64,000 nt of DNA from Picochlorum sp. SENEW3 (GCA_034226945.1 CP120461.1:62001-126000); one strand, 5' to 3'; numbered from the stretch's first letter, positions 1 to 11,361 are shown. The notes: a model not told the origin generated them from the sequence alone. A program made the numbers and translations.

Positions 1-2092
1 TTTGCTAGAATACCAGACTATTTTTGGCATCAGTGCTTCGGTGAGCGTCCCAGACTCCTTTCCTGATCCAAGCTATCTTGTGCGCACAAAGGATCTGGAT
101 CTGAACCAAGAGTTCATGTCGATACCGAAGCGAAGAAGTGAAGAAAACACCCTGAAACGAATAGAGATAGCTCAGCGGATGAATAGATCTGGGGCAAGCG
201 AAGAAGCAGTACATAAACTGAAAAAGTTTTCCCTGGATCCATTGCTGTTATATTCTCCCAAGGATGACTGCGAACGGATTTTCAAAGGGAAAAAAATCAT
301 AGAGTTTTATTGGGTGCGTGACTGGTGTGCGCTTTTTCGTGCGTATCCTAACGTGAGCATAAAGGCCAAGATGTTGTATATTCGCAGGGAGAGGGGATGA
401 ATACTGATGTGACACTTCCAGTGTCTGGATTCCATCTGACCAACTGCTTCGATTTGGTTGTCCCTGATAAACTCCATACATTAGACTCAGGTATTGGGTC
501 GATGCTATACTGCACAAATCCTGAGCAAAAGAACTCTCTGTTCAATATCTGCATGAATATGTCAGGAAGAAATCGGAGCACCATTACCGAAATCATGAAT
601 CAAACTGTGGAGGATTCCTCCCCATGGCCGAATTATAGCCTACCAACATCCAAATTCAGAGATCCAGAGAATAGAAAGATAAAAATATCGAGTGAACAAT
701 CTGCAAATCTGCGTCGATTGGCATTGATTGCCTGTCTTGCTGATGAGGCTCTTTATCCAATAATCCCTCCTTTGAAAGGTGAGTGCCGCATGGGAATGCA
801 ATTCATTTTTTTGTTTATTATTGTGGCTTCATCACAACAATACATGAACTTCATTGCAGCCTATCTCGATGTAGAAGAGTGTATCAATAGAAAGATACAC
901 ACGGATGAGTCGATATCCACAATGCATGAGTTGATCAAGAAACTGCGTCAGGAGATGCTGAAAGCCTGGTCAGCAGTGTCACAGGATCTTAATCTTAAAA
1001 TCCTGAAATGGTTTTCACTCTATAAATTTGTGTACGAAGTGAAACGATCTGGTTGTGCCAGTGTCACAGATACGCATCATCACGAGAGGACCCACAAGGA
1101 CATCAAAAAGGCCAGTGGATTTACCAACAACCATCTTGATACATTGATGGGGCAAACCATTGCAAAATCTATTAGAATAGCTCAAACGAAAGATTTGATT
1201 AGCAGTTCTGGGGCCGCTCGAAAGTATAACACCATTGTACGCTCTCTCATTCCAAATGCAGATGAGACATCTCTAACAGCAATCCTATTGTGCAGAGACA
1301 AAGATGCATTGCCAACAAGGCGCTCACCATAGTGAAGAGTCCAATGCTCGTGAGCAATATGATGGATTTGAATGAGAGTATCAAGCCTTTTCAGGCGTAT
1401 TGTCCAGAGATGGCCCGCCTGAAATACTGTGTGGAGATTCTGTACAGGGTGAATCTCAGACAGACATCCAAGCATGTGTCACTGCCACTTGATACCAAGG
1501 TAAATTGCATGCTGTGAAACGGTTACTAATATGATCATTTATTGCTTAAAATATTATGCAGATTGAGATTTATTCTGGAGCATATATTCCATACCATCAG
1601 ACTCCAGGCTCTGAGATGGATGCCAAAAAGATTCTTGGAAGGGTGGCCATAATTGATCAAGTAAACAAGGTTCGAAATCGATTCAAGCAAGGAGAATGCC
1701 AAGAATCAGAGGAGAGACAAGAAATAGATAGATTGGTTCAGCGACTGGGTTCGTTCGTCACAGCAAAAGGCAATACACTGTCTGAAGAATGGTATGCTGA
1801 GGTGATTTGTTTTGTCCGAGTCACCCCACCGCCCACCGCACGTATGGAGACTCATGAGACCGCATTCGTAAGATGGTATAAGGAAGTGAAGGCTACAGAG
1901 ATTCATGATCGCATTGGGTTGCCTGTGCTCCAACTGGAGAAGACAACGAGGCCATCTGTCGCAGACAGCCAAATCCAGACTGAGCCATTCACAGACTTGA
2001 GCCTCACCAGAGATCTCATGCAGCCTGTATTCCTCCAGCGAGTTCCTGGAACACAAAGGAAATGGTATATGCACAATAAATACGTGCGATGA
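1..2092 (+). CDS. CACTA/EnSpm-Plavaka-like DNA transposase, 5'-partial; exons <1-313, 388-1236, 1296-1499, 1562-2092
   Basis: Three phase-0 GT-AG introns (314-387, 1237-1295, 1500-1561) with CTAAC/CTAAT branch motifs join four ORFs in frame. Motifs PDKLHTLDSG, KILKWFSLYKFVYEVKRSG, DTHHHERTHKDIKKA..TNNH and AFVRWY resemble CACTA/Plavaka transposases. Confidence 0.7.
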
Positions 2093-2565
2093 GAGTACGA
2101 AGCAAGAAGTATAGTCTAAAAGGCTCCCTGCAAAGGAAGGTCAGAAGACTTCGTCCACTGACTGGCTGATCAGTTCATTCATCAGATTATATGTATCCGT
2201 CTCGACATGTAATTAAAATTTTTAATTAAAATTTTCAAAAAATTCGGAGAATTTTGTATTATTACGGGTGGAAGACGGAGATCTGACACAGAAGGAGTGA
2301 TACGGTCAACAAACATCACTGTCAGATACGCCACGGCGATTGCCTCTCAACGACAGCATTGGCGGAGCATCGGAACCACGTCGTCGTCTCGCGACGTCAT
2401 CCAATGGGGGCGTCTTCCAGGCGTCGATTTTACGGAGATCTGACACTGACGCTCTTTCGGTGCCGGCATCAGACACGGGTGGAGGACCGCTCAGACGACA
2501 CTAGAGACGGGAATACATCAGTCACGCGTGTTTCAAAAACCGCAGATGTGTCGCTCCAATACGTG
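1..2565 (+). mobile_element. Right part of a CACTA/Plavaka-like DNA transposon; putative terminus ...CCAATACGTG (reverse complement CACGTATTGG)
   Basis: Transposase is followed by an AT tract (2210-2250), subterminal direct repeats ACGGAGATCTGACAC (2275-2289, 2432-2446) and ACGGGTGGA (2264-2272, 2475-2483), and a CAC-starting candidate TIR. The left end is outside the window. Confidence 0.5.
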
Positions 2566-4101
2566 GCGCTTTTTGTCTCGCTTTTTGTATCTTCGTTCCT
2601 TGAACACGTAGGCTGCCTCGAAATCGTGTGCAATGCAACATTCCCAAACATATACGAGGATGAGATTGCTCCTAGGTTTTCGGGGCACTACATGGATTTT
2701 ACAGGAAGTTCGATATACCTCAACAGACAGGTTGACCAATCGTCTCAAATCTTAGAGAGTGGAGTCTTTGGCAATCCTCATTCGAAGAGCTCGAGCTCGA
2801 AGTTATCGACTTCATATGTTGAGGAAATGAGGGCCAAGATTTATGAATTTTTCTCAGCCAGTCCAGAAGAATACGAAGTGGTCTTCACACGGTCGGCAAC
2901 CGGAGCCCTCCACCTCATGGGTGAAGCATTTCCATTCTCATCCCGAGGCTCTAATTACGCGTACTTGGTATCAAATCATAATAGTGTACTCGGTGTTCGC
3001 TCATTTGCGCAAAAGAGAGGGGCGAGGATCGGTGCGGTTACGGAGGAGATGGTGGATGCCTGGCTCCTTTCTCCAGATGACCCTGTATGGAAAGGAAGCG
3101 TGTTTGAGGCACGAGACAATGATGGGCAGTCATATAGTTTGTTTGCATATCCAAAGAAAGACAATTTTGAGGGAGTTTTGTACCCTGACCGATGGATTGA
3201 GGAGGTGAAGAATATGTCGACTGCCAATCACGAGTGGATGGTCCTGTTGGACACAGCAGCATATGCACCAACGTACAGGTTGAATTTGACAGATATTCAT
3301 CCAGATTTCGTAGTTATATCCTTTTATAAAGTATTTGGACTTCCTACGGGAGTGGGTGCATGGTTGATGCGCAAAGAGAGCGAGAAAAAGTTAAGGCGCC
3401 TATACTGGGGTGGATCAAGTGTCTTCACAGCAACAGCGGCATTGCCATGGGATATACGATTCCAGGATACAGCGAAATGGGAAGATGGAACCTTGCCATT
3501 TTTAGATATCGTGAATCTAAAGCCTGGGTTCGATACGATGCAGTATCTTGGTGGCATCGACAGTGTGCAGAGGCATGTCACATGCTTGGGGCGTTACATG
3601 TCTGAGCAGTTGCAGTCCCTAAAGCATTCAAATGGAAATCCAATGCTTTTACTGTACGGAAAGCATTATGACGATTCCTTAAGGCAGTCAGGTATCGCTA
3701 ATTTCCAGATTTTGAAGCCTTCAGGAGAGCTTTTCAGTTACAGGACTGCAGCGTTGGTGTTGTCTGAGCAAGGGTTCCAAGTTCGGGATGGCTGCATGTG
3801 TAATCCAGGTGCATGTTACAAAGCAGTCGGTGTGACAGATAAAGAAGTGCGATTAAAAGCAATTAAAGCCGAAGGAAATTATAAAAACTGGGAATGGATC
3901 CATGTCATGCGGGATGGCGAGCTTGTGAAACGGCCCTTGGGGAGCATCAGAGTGTCTCTGGGTTGGATGAGCCGGCAGGCAGACATTGATGCCTTGGTTG
4001 ATTTTCTGAGTGAGACCTATCGAGATGTCGAGGAAGACCCTCAACCTAGTAATGAAGAGTCAATGAGTGTGACAGAAGCAGATGCTTTTATTCGGTGTTG
4101 A
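2404..4101 (+). CDS. PLP-dependent aminotransferase class V, molybdenum cofactor sulfurase-like (NifS-like domain only, no MOSC); true start uncertain
   Basis: YMDFTGS, FGNPHS, VVFTRSATGAL, NHNSVLGVR, LLDTAAY, SFYKVFGLPTGVG (PLP lysine), RDGCMCNPGAC, GSIRVSLG. Hydrophobic stretch ALFVSLFVSSFL begins at ~2566. Confidence 0.8.
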   Translation: MGASSRRRFYGDLTLTLFRCRHQTRVEDRSDDTRDGNTSVTRVSKTADVSLQYVALFVSLFVSSFLEHVGCLEIVCNATFPNIYEDEIAPRFSGHYMDFTGSSIYLNRQVDQSSQILESGVFGNPHSKSSSSKLSTSYVEEMRAKIYEFFSASPEEYEVVFTRSATGALHLMGEAFPFSSRGSNYAYLVSNHNSVLGVRSFAQKRGARIGAVTEEMVDAWLLSPDDPVWKGSVFEARDNDGQSYSLFAYPKKDNFEGVLYPDRWIEEVKNMSTANHEWMVLLDTAAYAPTYRLNLTDIHPDFVVISFYKVFGLPTGVGAWLMRKESEKKLRRLYWGGSSVFTATAALPWDIRFQDTAKWEDGTLPFLDIVNLKPGFDTMQYLGGIDSVQRHVTCLGRYMSEQLQSLKHSNGNPMLLLYGKHYDDSLRQSGIANFQILKPSGELFSYRTAALVLSEQGFQVRDGCMCNPGACYKAVGVTDKEVRLKAIKAEGNYKNWEWIHVMRDGELVKRPLGSIRVSLGWMSRQADIDALVDFLSETYRDVEEDPQPSNEESMSVTEADAFIRC

Positions 4102-4206
4102 AATACTGTACTGTACATGATGTTACCGATCAATTCTACACACAGGCGAACTGGTCAGAGGCCCCCCCCATACATACATATACCTACCCATTCGTTTCTC
4201 AGCATC

Positions 4207-5168
4207 ATGAACTCTGCAGGACACGGGAAAAAAACACATGACGACCCCCTTCAGGCACCAATTATGCAAGAAATGGCGACTGATTTTACCGAGGTGGAGG
4301 GCGTCGTGGTCAGACAAGTGACTCAATATGTCGATGCAGTCGCTCTCGCTGCAGGATTGGCATACGAGGCCAAGAATAAGTATCAGGTGCGATACATACT
4401 TTTTCCCTTTCGGAAAAAATGCGCCACTTTGATCGAGAATGTGAATGTTCTATGCAGGTCGCTGCCCTTCCACAGGGGAAGGTGCCAGCAGAGACAAAGG
4501 CCAGAGATGAGAAATACTGGTATCCAACTGCTGCTGATCTCAAAGGTCTGGATGAAATCATGTTTATCCAGGAAGAATCAAGTTTTCTCAATAGAGTGTT
4601 CATGGCCTGTATCGGATGTTTGAATTTGAGGCCATTGAAGCTGCACTTTATGGAGCGGGGAACTGATGTGATTGTTGCAGACAGACCTTACAAGATTGGT
4701 GGCTGCTGCGGATGTCCTCTTGAGATGAGAATCCGAAAGGGGAATACATTGATCGGAAAAGCGATTGAAAATTTCGAGCCGTATGGAACCAAGTGCTACG
4801 AGTTCTGTTGTCTGTGCACCTCGTACACATCTGTTCAGATGGACGGAAAGAGAGCATACAAATTCACATTGCGTCGGTCAAATTGCTGCTGTGGACGAGT
4901 AAATAACTGCTGTGGAGCTACATGCCTCAACGAGACGCTGATCATCGATGTTTTGGACTCGAGCGGCAAGATGGTTGGGGTGATCACCAGGTATTATGCT
5001 CCAGGGGAAAATTGCGAGGCCTGTTGCAGGGCCGGGTATGGGTTTGTGAATTTTGCACTGAAATTTCCTGAGGATACAACATCTGATGAACGTTTGATGC
5101 TTCTGAGTGCCATGATGGCACAAGAATACCAGTTTTCTAGAAATGGAGGGGATGACAACAATGGATGA
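4207..5168 (+). CDS. Phospholipid scramblase-like Cys-rich protein; intron 4387-4457
   Basis: EAKNKYQV, EESSFLNR, LRPLKL, GGCCGCPLEM, multiple CC motifs, FALKFPEDTTSDERLMLLSA; GT-AG intron joins two ORFs in frame. Confidence 0.7.
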
Positions 5169-5482
5169 GTAAGAAGCAACTGTTTCTTTGTGTTTCTCAT
5201 CTGTGCTCCCGATACTTGTCTGTCATGATATCTTTCAAATCTCAAATTGCTGCAATGCTTGTCAGCCTGCAGCCGTGGCATTGCTTGTTCTTATAGTTTT
5301 ATCTTCATTCCTTCTATTGCCAATGATGTCTGGAGTGGGGCCGGCCCCAATGGATGGATTCGATCAGTCGATGCAGTCGCTCCATTGACCGGGAACTCCC
5401 AGTTTGGTGCTGTAACCCACATTAATTAATTCATAAAAAATGCCTAGGTAGCCATGAATAATCAATAATTCAAACCCTAGAT

Positions 5483-7081
5483 ATGGGGCCGCAAGTGCAG
5501 AAGGCTCCGACCGGCGCGGTATCAAAAGATGGCAGAGAGAGCCAAAAAAGGCCCGTGCTACTTGTGCTCGTTCCGGGAGCATTTTTGTATCCAAAAGATT
5601 ATGATGCATTAAAAAAAGCATTAGAAACAGTGTCGAACGAGTTATATCGGCAGAAGGGGATAGCGGTGACGCTAGGTGTCGCCTGTCCAGACTGGACGAA
5701 GGTGGACCCAGCCAATTTCAGCCAATCCATGGACGTGGTGAACGAAGCGATCGAGGAAACAATTGCCATGGTACAATCTCTTGAAGACTCAGGTTTCGAG
5801 ATTGAAAAAAATGTGTTTGGTCGATATGAAAACGTCGTGGTGGCTTTGCATTCAGTGTCAGCCCTTGCTGCTGGCCTGTTCCCGTTTCAAAAGGCAAAGC
5901 ATCTCATCCTGTTGGGGAGCAACTTGGTTCATGCGTCGGGGTTGTGGCCATCCTTGGACACATATCCACTTTCTTCTTTGTCAATATATGGCGATTTAGA
6001 TGGCCAATCTCACGCAGCAAAAGCAGCGATTGCCCTGTGTGCTGGTCGGCACAAAGATTGCATGCGAAGCCATTACTTCTGCATGATTCCGAACTGCAAT
6101 CACGCAAGTTTCAGCAACGGAGTTCGAAACACTCTGCGTGGAGACATTGCAATAACATCTCCTGACGTGAGGCTCGATGATACTGCACACGCAATCTGCA
6201 ACACAATTGCCCAATTCTTGGCAAGTGAATATGCACAAAGTGGCGAGGCTCGGGAGTTTTTGAATTGTGAGACAGAAAAAACCTGGAAGACATTATCCCC
6301 ATATTTGCGAGAACTTGGGAGGCTTCCCTCTGACTATGACTGCTCGACATCGAGTATCTCGAGGAGCGATGGAGAGCTGGAACGTGTGTTGTCATATGCT
6401 GCTGGCAGAGAAGCAGCCACAATGGCTTCTACATCGCCAGAGCTGCTCAACCATCCTGGAGAGCTTGGAAGGGCAGAGGAATTTGCTATACGAGCTCAGC
6501 AACTAATTTTGCAGCCTATTTTGGGTCATACCAAGTGCAATATCAAGGTGACTGCCCAGGTGCATACATCTCAGAAGAATTTCATGTACAGCAAAGCCAG
6601 GATGTGTCCCGAAAAAAGCAGTGATCTTCACATCAGCGTCCAATGCATCAGTAATGTTCAAGTTCAAGGCACAGAATTCTCCATGGTATCTCCATTCTAT
6701 GCCCTGAAATTGAAATCCCTGAAGCAGGTGTGCATCATGCTGCAGCATGATGTGGCAGATGACACAGAGACCATCTGCGAAAAGCTGTTCAATTCTTCCT
6801 GGAAAAGAGCATTCGATGCAAGTGCAAATCATATACGAGAGAGATTCACTGAGCGAGGGCAGCCATTAATTTGCAAGGAAATCCATCCATCCCGAGCACC
6901 AGACTGGGTCACATCAAGGCCAGTCTTGACTCCTGGGTGCCTGGAAATCAACGCCTTCACCACAAAGGAGGAAGCAGATACATCCGACGTATCTGGGTGT
7001 CTCTACTATCAGTGTCCGAGCGTAGCATGGTGTATGGAATACATCATGGTCCATGGATTGAAAGATGAATATCAAAGATGA
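5483..7081 (+). CDS. Uncharacterised protein with probable alpha/beta-hydrolase N-terminal fold
   Basis: 532-aa ORF; LVLVPGA, VALHSVSA (nucleophile-elbow-like), IYGDLDG, NHASF. Confidence 0.55.
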   Translation: MGPQVQKAPTGAVSKDGRESQKRPVLLVLVPGAFLYPKDYDALKKALETVSNELYRQKGIAVTLGVACPDWTKVDPANFSQSMDVVNEAIEETIAMVQSLEDSGFEIEKNVFGRYENVVVALHSVSALAAGLFPFQKAKHLILLGSNLVHASGLWPSLDTYPLSSLSIYGDLDGQSHAAKAAIALCAGRHKDCMRSHYFCMIPNCNHASFSNGVRNTLRGDIAITSPDVRLDDTAHAICNTIAQFLASEYAQSGEAREFLNCETEKTWKTLSPYLRELGRLPSDYDCSTSSISRSDGELERVLSYAAGREAATMASTSPELLNHPGELGRAEEFAIRAQQLILQPILGHTKCNIKVTAQVHTSQKNFMYSKARMCPEKSSDLHISVQCISNVQVQGTEFSMVSPFYALKLKSLKQVCIMLQHDVADDTETICEKLFNSSWKRAFDASANHIRERFTERGQPLICKEIHPSRAPDWVTSRPVLTPGCLEINAFTTKEEADTSDVSGCLYYQCPSVAWCMEYIMVHGLKDEYQR

Positions 7082-7282
7082 TAATCCCGAGGCAGCAAAT
7101 TCGAAATCAAATGCAGTTGTGCTCCACGGATATGTGAGATGATTATTCCTATTATCCATTTTTAAATTAATTATCATTAAATTTACAATCGACTTCATCA
7201 ATAACGATATCATGGCCCAATAGCGATTAGATTTTGAATTCCCCCATTTGTTTTGATACGCCCAATAAGACTCCGAGGCAAC

Positions 7283-8065
7283 ATGATAAAGACTGCCATT
7301 AATATATCTCAATTGTATAGGATGATGAACAGCGTAGAGAACAACGTTGGAGGTGGTGAAGGTATAGAAGGGTTGTATGGGAGTATCACCGGAGCAAATA
7401 TGGAGCGCATTCTTCAGTGCATGGAAAAGACGACTGGTCTGTGTGGTACCAAGCATTCTGTGCTCATGGACGTGGGATCAGGTCTATGCAGGCCGTTGCT
7501 GCATGCGATGGCGACGAACAGAGCCACGTCCTGTGTTGGTGTTGAAGTCGACTCTGTCAAGTGCCTCAAGGCGGAGGCCTTTTGCTCGCAGATACAGAAG
7601 AATATGAGGAAGAAGGAAATGTTATCAGGTAGCGATTGGAATATAGATATTGTTTGTTCGGGCATAGAATCTCTCGACACTCTTGGTTCTGTGACACACG
7701 TGTACACCTTTTGGGAGGGGGTCCCAGTGGAAGCCAGGGCTGGCCTAGGAAGGTTGTTCAGAGAAAGTACCAGAGCCACGACTATAAGTGTTGTACAAAG
7801 GGCTATTCGATGTGGAAATCCAGCCGAATTTCTTGATGATGAGTATGGGTTTGGTCCATTGAGAATGGTGGATTCCTTCAGAGTGTCCATGTCTGGCAGT
7901 GGGAGGAGCTTCATGGCCTATATATTCGTCAAGAAAGAGCCAAACTTCATCAAAGCGATGTTTCACGAGGAGAACGTGCGACGCATCAGTGGAAGAAAGA
8001 GACCATCCTCGGAGGATCCCGAGTGCAAAAAAGCAGCAACAGAAAGAAGAACACGTATTGATTGA
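7283..8065 (+). CDS. DOT1-like SAM-dependent (histone H3K79-type) methyltransferase
   Basis: LYGSITG, LMDVGSGLCRP (motif I), VGVEVD, THVYTF; basic C-terminus. Confidence 0.65.
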   Translation: MIKTAINISQLYRMMNSVENNVGGGEGIEGLYGSITGANMERILQCMEKTTGLCGTKHSVLMDVGSGLCRPLLHAMATNRATSCVGVEVDSVKCLKAEAFCSQIQKNMRKKEMLSGSDWNIDIVCSGIESLDTLGSVTHVYTFWEGVPVEARAGLGRLFRESTRATTISVVQRAIRCGNPAEFLDDEYGFGPLRMVDSFRVSMSGSGRSFMAYIFVKKEPNFIKAMFHEENVRRISGRKRPSSEDPECKKAATERRTRID

Positions 8066-8164
8066 TTGAAATGCAATCGAGCTGATTGCTTGCATGCACT
8101 CAGTGGACCTATTCAAAACTATTTCTCTGAATTTATTTATATCCTTGTAAATCTGACACACGTG

Positions 8165-9316
8165 ATGGCCTGGGTCGTCCCGAAACGCCTCTTGGGTAAT
8201 GTGTCCCAACCTGGAAGGGTTGGTACCCAGCAGCACCCAAAAACAGTGTATACTCTCAGGATAACAACTTCTTCTGATAGAAAAGCTTCTCTTAGTGAAC
8301 CAGCCTCGGGGGTGTTGGTGTGTCTCGTCAACGACAGTGGAGATTCGCTCTTGCGGTACATTCCAAACTGCGAGAGCGCATCAGACGTAGACTCTGCTAT
8401 GAGGGAAATTTGTGCAAATATAGAAGATATACCACTGGGAGCTGACTGCTCTTTGAGCATGGGGTCCCCTGCTCCGGACTCCAAGTACACGAAGCACAGG
8501 TTTGAGCAAGGCGCTGTGAGCGAGGTTAGCTTTGTCGGGCCAAATCTGGGACCACACCTCTGTGGAGTGATTGTGGGGCCTCAGAGCGGAACTTGGGGAT
8601 GTTCAGACGTCGTTGTATCATCCTCAGCAGAATATGGGGGAATATCATGCAAGTTTCTAAACACAGATGGGCGTACGATACTTGGGGAGGACCCATTGCA
8701 TTCTGCAGCATACCTGGAAAGGGTGCCTGACGGATCGATTGTGTATGGTCAAGGGGAAAGCGCTCGTGTGTTATCAGCAAGCGATGCTCTAGAGGTGGCT
8801 GCGAAGAATATGGTTTGGTACAACACGATGAAGAAGAAACTGTTGTTCTATACCGCAACTGTTGGTTGTGTGGGGATGTTCCTTGTCCAGGCGTCCCTTG
8901 GCTCGGCAGCAGCGTTATCATTTGGATGTGGAAGCTTAGCATCATTCGGATATCAGCTTAGTCTACAGAAGAAGGTGGACAACATTGGTGCGCAGCCCAC
9001 TCTGGAGAAAAGCGCAAACATGCGCCTGTCATCTCCCCTGATCAATGCGCTCCCTCTAGTTGGCGTGAGTTTGGCAGCGTGGACAGTGTATTCTAATCCA
9101 AGTCTCTTGGGACAGACAATGGAATCATCCAATGATGTAGTCGATATGACGAGCAATTTCAGTCTCACCATGGCGTTGCTGGCTGGATTTGCGTCTCAAA
9201 AGTTGGCTGTGATTCTGTTTTCTGTCGAGGGAGTTCCTGGCTTTTCAGTGCAGCAAAAGTCTCCATCCGTGGATTCTTCCTCATCATCAACGTCCTCATC
9301 AAATAATAACACGTGA
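8165..9316 (+). CDS. Probable plastid protein with PLAT/LH2-like beta domain and C-terminal TM helices
   Basis: YTLRITTS..GVLVCLV, RFEQGAVSEVSF.GP.LG, GTW; three to four hydrophobic segments at the C-terminus. Confidence 0.55.
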   Translation: MAWVVPKRLLGNVSQPGRVGTQQHPKTVYTLRITTSSDRKASLSEPASGVLVCLVNDSGDSLLRYIPNCESASDVDSAMREICANIEDIPLGADCSLSMGSPAPDSKYTKHRFEQGAVSEVSFVGPNLGPHLCGVIVGPQSGTWGCSDVVVSSSAEYGGISCKFLNTDGRTILGEDPLHSAAYLERVPDGSIVYGQGESARVLSASDALEVAAKNMVWYNTMKKKLLFYTATVGCVGMFLVQASLGSAAALSFGCGSLASFGYQLSLQKKVDNIGAQPTLEKSANMRLSSPLINALPLVGVSLAAWTVYSNPSLLGQTMESSNDVVDMTSNFSLTMALLAGFASQKLAVILFSVEGVPGFSVQQKSPSVDSSSSSTSSSNNNT

Positions 9317-9439
9317 CTTGTCGATGTTGCCAATAGCGGAGTCATGCATGCCACGTGGCATCGGATCCAATGGTTTCGTGCGTACTTTCTGTTCAGTGCT
9401 GAGCAGTGCGCAGGTATCCAGAAACAAAAATATAATATT

Positions 9440-9673
9440 ATGGGTATAATGAATCAAGAATACAGACAACAAGAGCGAGAAGAAGACGGGTTTACCCCAA
9501 CGCGAGGTGAAGGCTCGCGAGAGCTCAACGACACAGGAAGCGCAATGGAGCAGATTGTCGAACACGACGTCGACGAAGAGTTTGAGAAGGATCATCCATC
9601 CCCGGATCATATTAGAACCCTCCTGGACCAGAGGGATGAGATGAAGAGATTTGGATTGCACCACAAGGAATAA
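9440..9673 (+). CDS. Small acidic hypothetical protein
   Basis: Purine-rich short ORF followed by TGTAA at ~9726; no recognisable motif. Confidence 0.35.
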   Translation: MGIMNQEYRQQEREEDGFTPTRGEGSRELNDTGSAMEQIVEHDVDEEFEKDHPSPDHIRTLLDQRDEMKRFGLHHKE

Positions 9674-9736
9674 GAATCTCATGTACCTCATTACAGTATC
9701 ATATGCATATCGTTCATTCATCCGTTGTAAATCATA

Positions 9737-10363
9737 TCACATATCAATATTGTGATGGTGGCTTAGCATTGAATCCTCATATTTTTCAGTACCCGGGGTA
9801 GAAGTTGGACGGGCTTGCCTAGAGTTGAAAAATGGCAGCACATCCAGCTCAGATACCATACCCGTGCAATGGCCACTTCCTTGGTCGATAACAGGAAGTT
9901 TCTTCACTTTATATGTATTCATCAGGGATAGTGCAGACCCCACTGTGTCATCTGCCCGGACAACAACAGGAGGGGTAGTCATGACATCCCCCACCACCAC
10001 CCCATCTTTTGTATCCAGATCAAACCTCGTAACAACCCCAATCAACCCACCCTGCGCATCCAACACTGGAAGGGCACCCTGTTTCTTCATCTTCACGCTC
10101 CCTTTCAATTCATCGACGTTATCTTCCGCGTGACAATACTGCAGAGTGTCGACGTGGTCTCTGTATGCGTCAGGGTGCTCAGCCTTTTTCTTTCTATCCA
10201 AAAGCTCTCCCAAGGTCATCAGAGGTCCTTTTTGTTTCTTTAGAGGGGCTTGACTCCGCCTCCAAGCCGAAGACGATGTCGCTCCGTAGTCTCGTGCTCT
10301 CACAGCAATGCGTCGCTTCGAAACTCGAATTTCACAGCGCAGCACCCTCGAACCCAACGTCAT
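9737..10363 (-). CDS. CBS-domain pair protein with probable organellar transit peptide
   Basis: GALPVLD..G.LIGVVTRFDL, VGDVMT.PPVVV, KLPVID...CTGMVSELD. Confidence 0.85.
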   Translation of the reverse strand: MTLGSRVLRCEIRVSKRRIAVRARDYGATSSSAWRRSQAPLKKQKGPLMTLGELLDRKKKAEHPDAYRDHVDTLQYCHAEDNVDELKGSVKMKKQGALPVLDAQGGLIGVVTRFDLDTKDGVVVGDVMTTPPVVVRADDTVGSALSLMNTYKVKKLPVIDQGSGHCTGMVSELDVLPFFNSRQARPTSTPGTEKYEDSMLSHHHNIDM

Positions 10364-10527
10364 ATTGAGAAATAAATGATGAAAAATGTATTTGTCAAGA
10401 CTAGGCCTACGCGCGTATCTCTGAAGAGTGTCGACCGTGTTTTATTTTATGATTCAGAAATCAATTCACACAAAAGCCATACATAGATGCATGCAATCGT
10501 TACGTAATTATAAATTTAAATACATAA

Positions 10528-11129
10528 TTATAAACTACTGACACTGGTCTCTGCAACTCTGTTTGCATGGATCAGACTCAGCCAGTCCGACACATGGGTT
10601 GGCAAGAGCCCCATCAGGTTAACTCGATACAGCGCAAACAGAAATCCGAGCAGGTGAATACCACAGAATAGGATCCGAGGCGTTAACACATCTACTTTTG
10701 AGCCCGGGATCGATCGGAAAGAAGCACCAGACTTGAGTATGGCATTCACAGGTGAATACATGCCATTGATCACAGTTAGGATGGAGAAAAAGTGCAGGTT
10801 TGACCCAGCCATGTACATCATGAAGGATGTCATTAGAACCTGTTTGATAGGAGAATATGCAAGGTTCTGAAGTGCCGCTGTTCGTCTGTCAAAGAGTTCT
10901 TTGGACTCCTCCTGCTGCTGTGCTGCCTTACCTGCTCTACCTGATGTCGAGGCGGTTGATGCCCTTTGGCGCTGCAGTGAGGACAGAGCCTGCGTTAGTA
11001 TATGAATGCGAGACATGTATAGCGCAATGCGAGAGTTTATCGTACCACAAAGCCAGGCGGTTTTGTCTTTGTCTCAGCCTTGTCCTGTACAGACGACACA
11101 TCTATCGCATAGCGATCGCAGAATGACAT
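10528..11129 (-). CDS. EMC4: ER membrane protein complex subunit 4; intron ~10990-11045
   Basis: KPPGF in exon 1; AYSPIKQVLMTSFMMYMAGSNLHFFSI and MGLLPTHVSDWL; intron GTACG...TACTAACGCAG. Confidence 0.88.
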
Positions 11130-11361
11130 GTTCTACTGTGAAATAATTATGAAATTGGTGAAATAATGAGAACAGATGTCGAGGACGGTGTCTTGTACAT
11201 CTTCACAGGATGGTTGGGCATTTCCCTCTTACCAGGGGTGCCGGGACCATCAAGGGTACTCATTGATGGGAAGGTCGAAACATCCCAGACTAACCTACGA
11301 ATATTGATTGAGCCAACCTTTTATGAATGAATCAAATTGTCAGTATGATGTCACATGGGAT

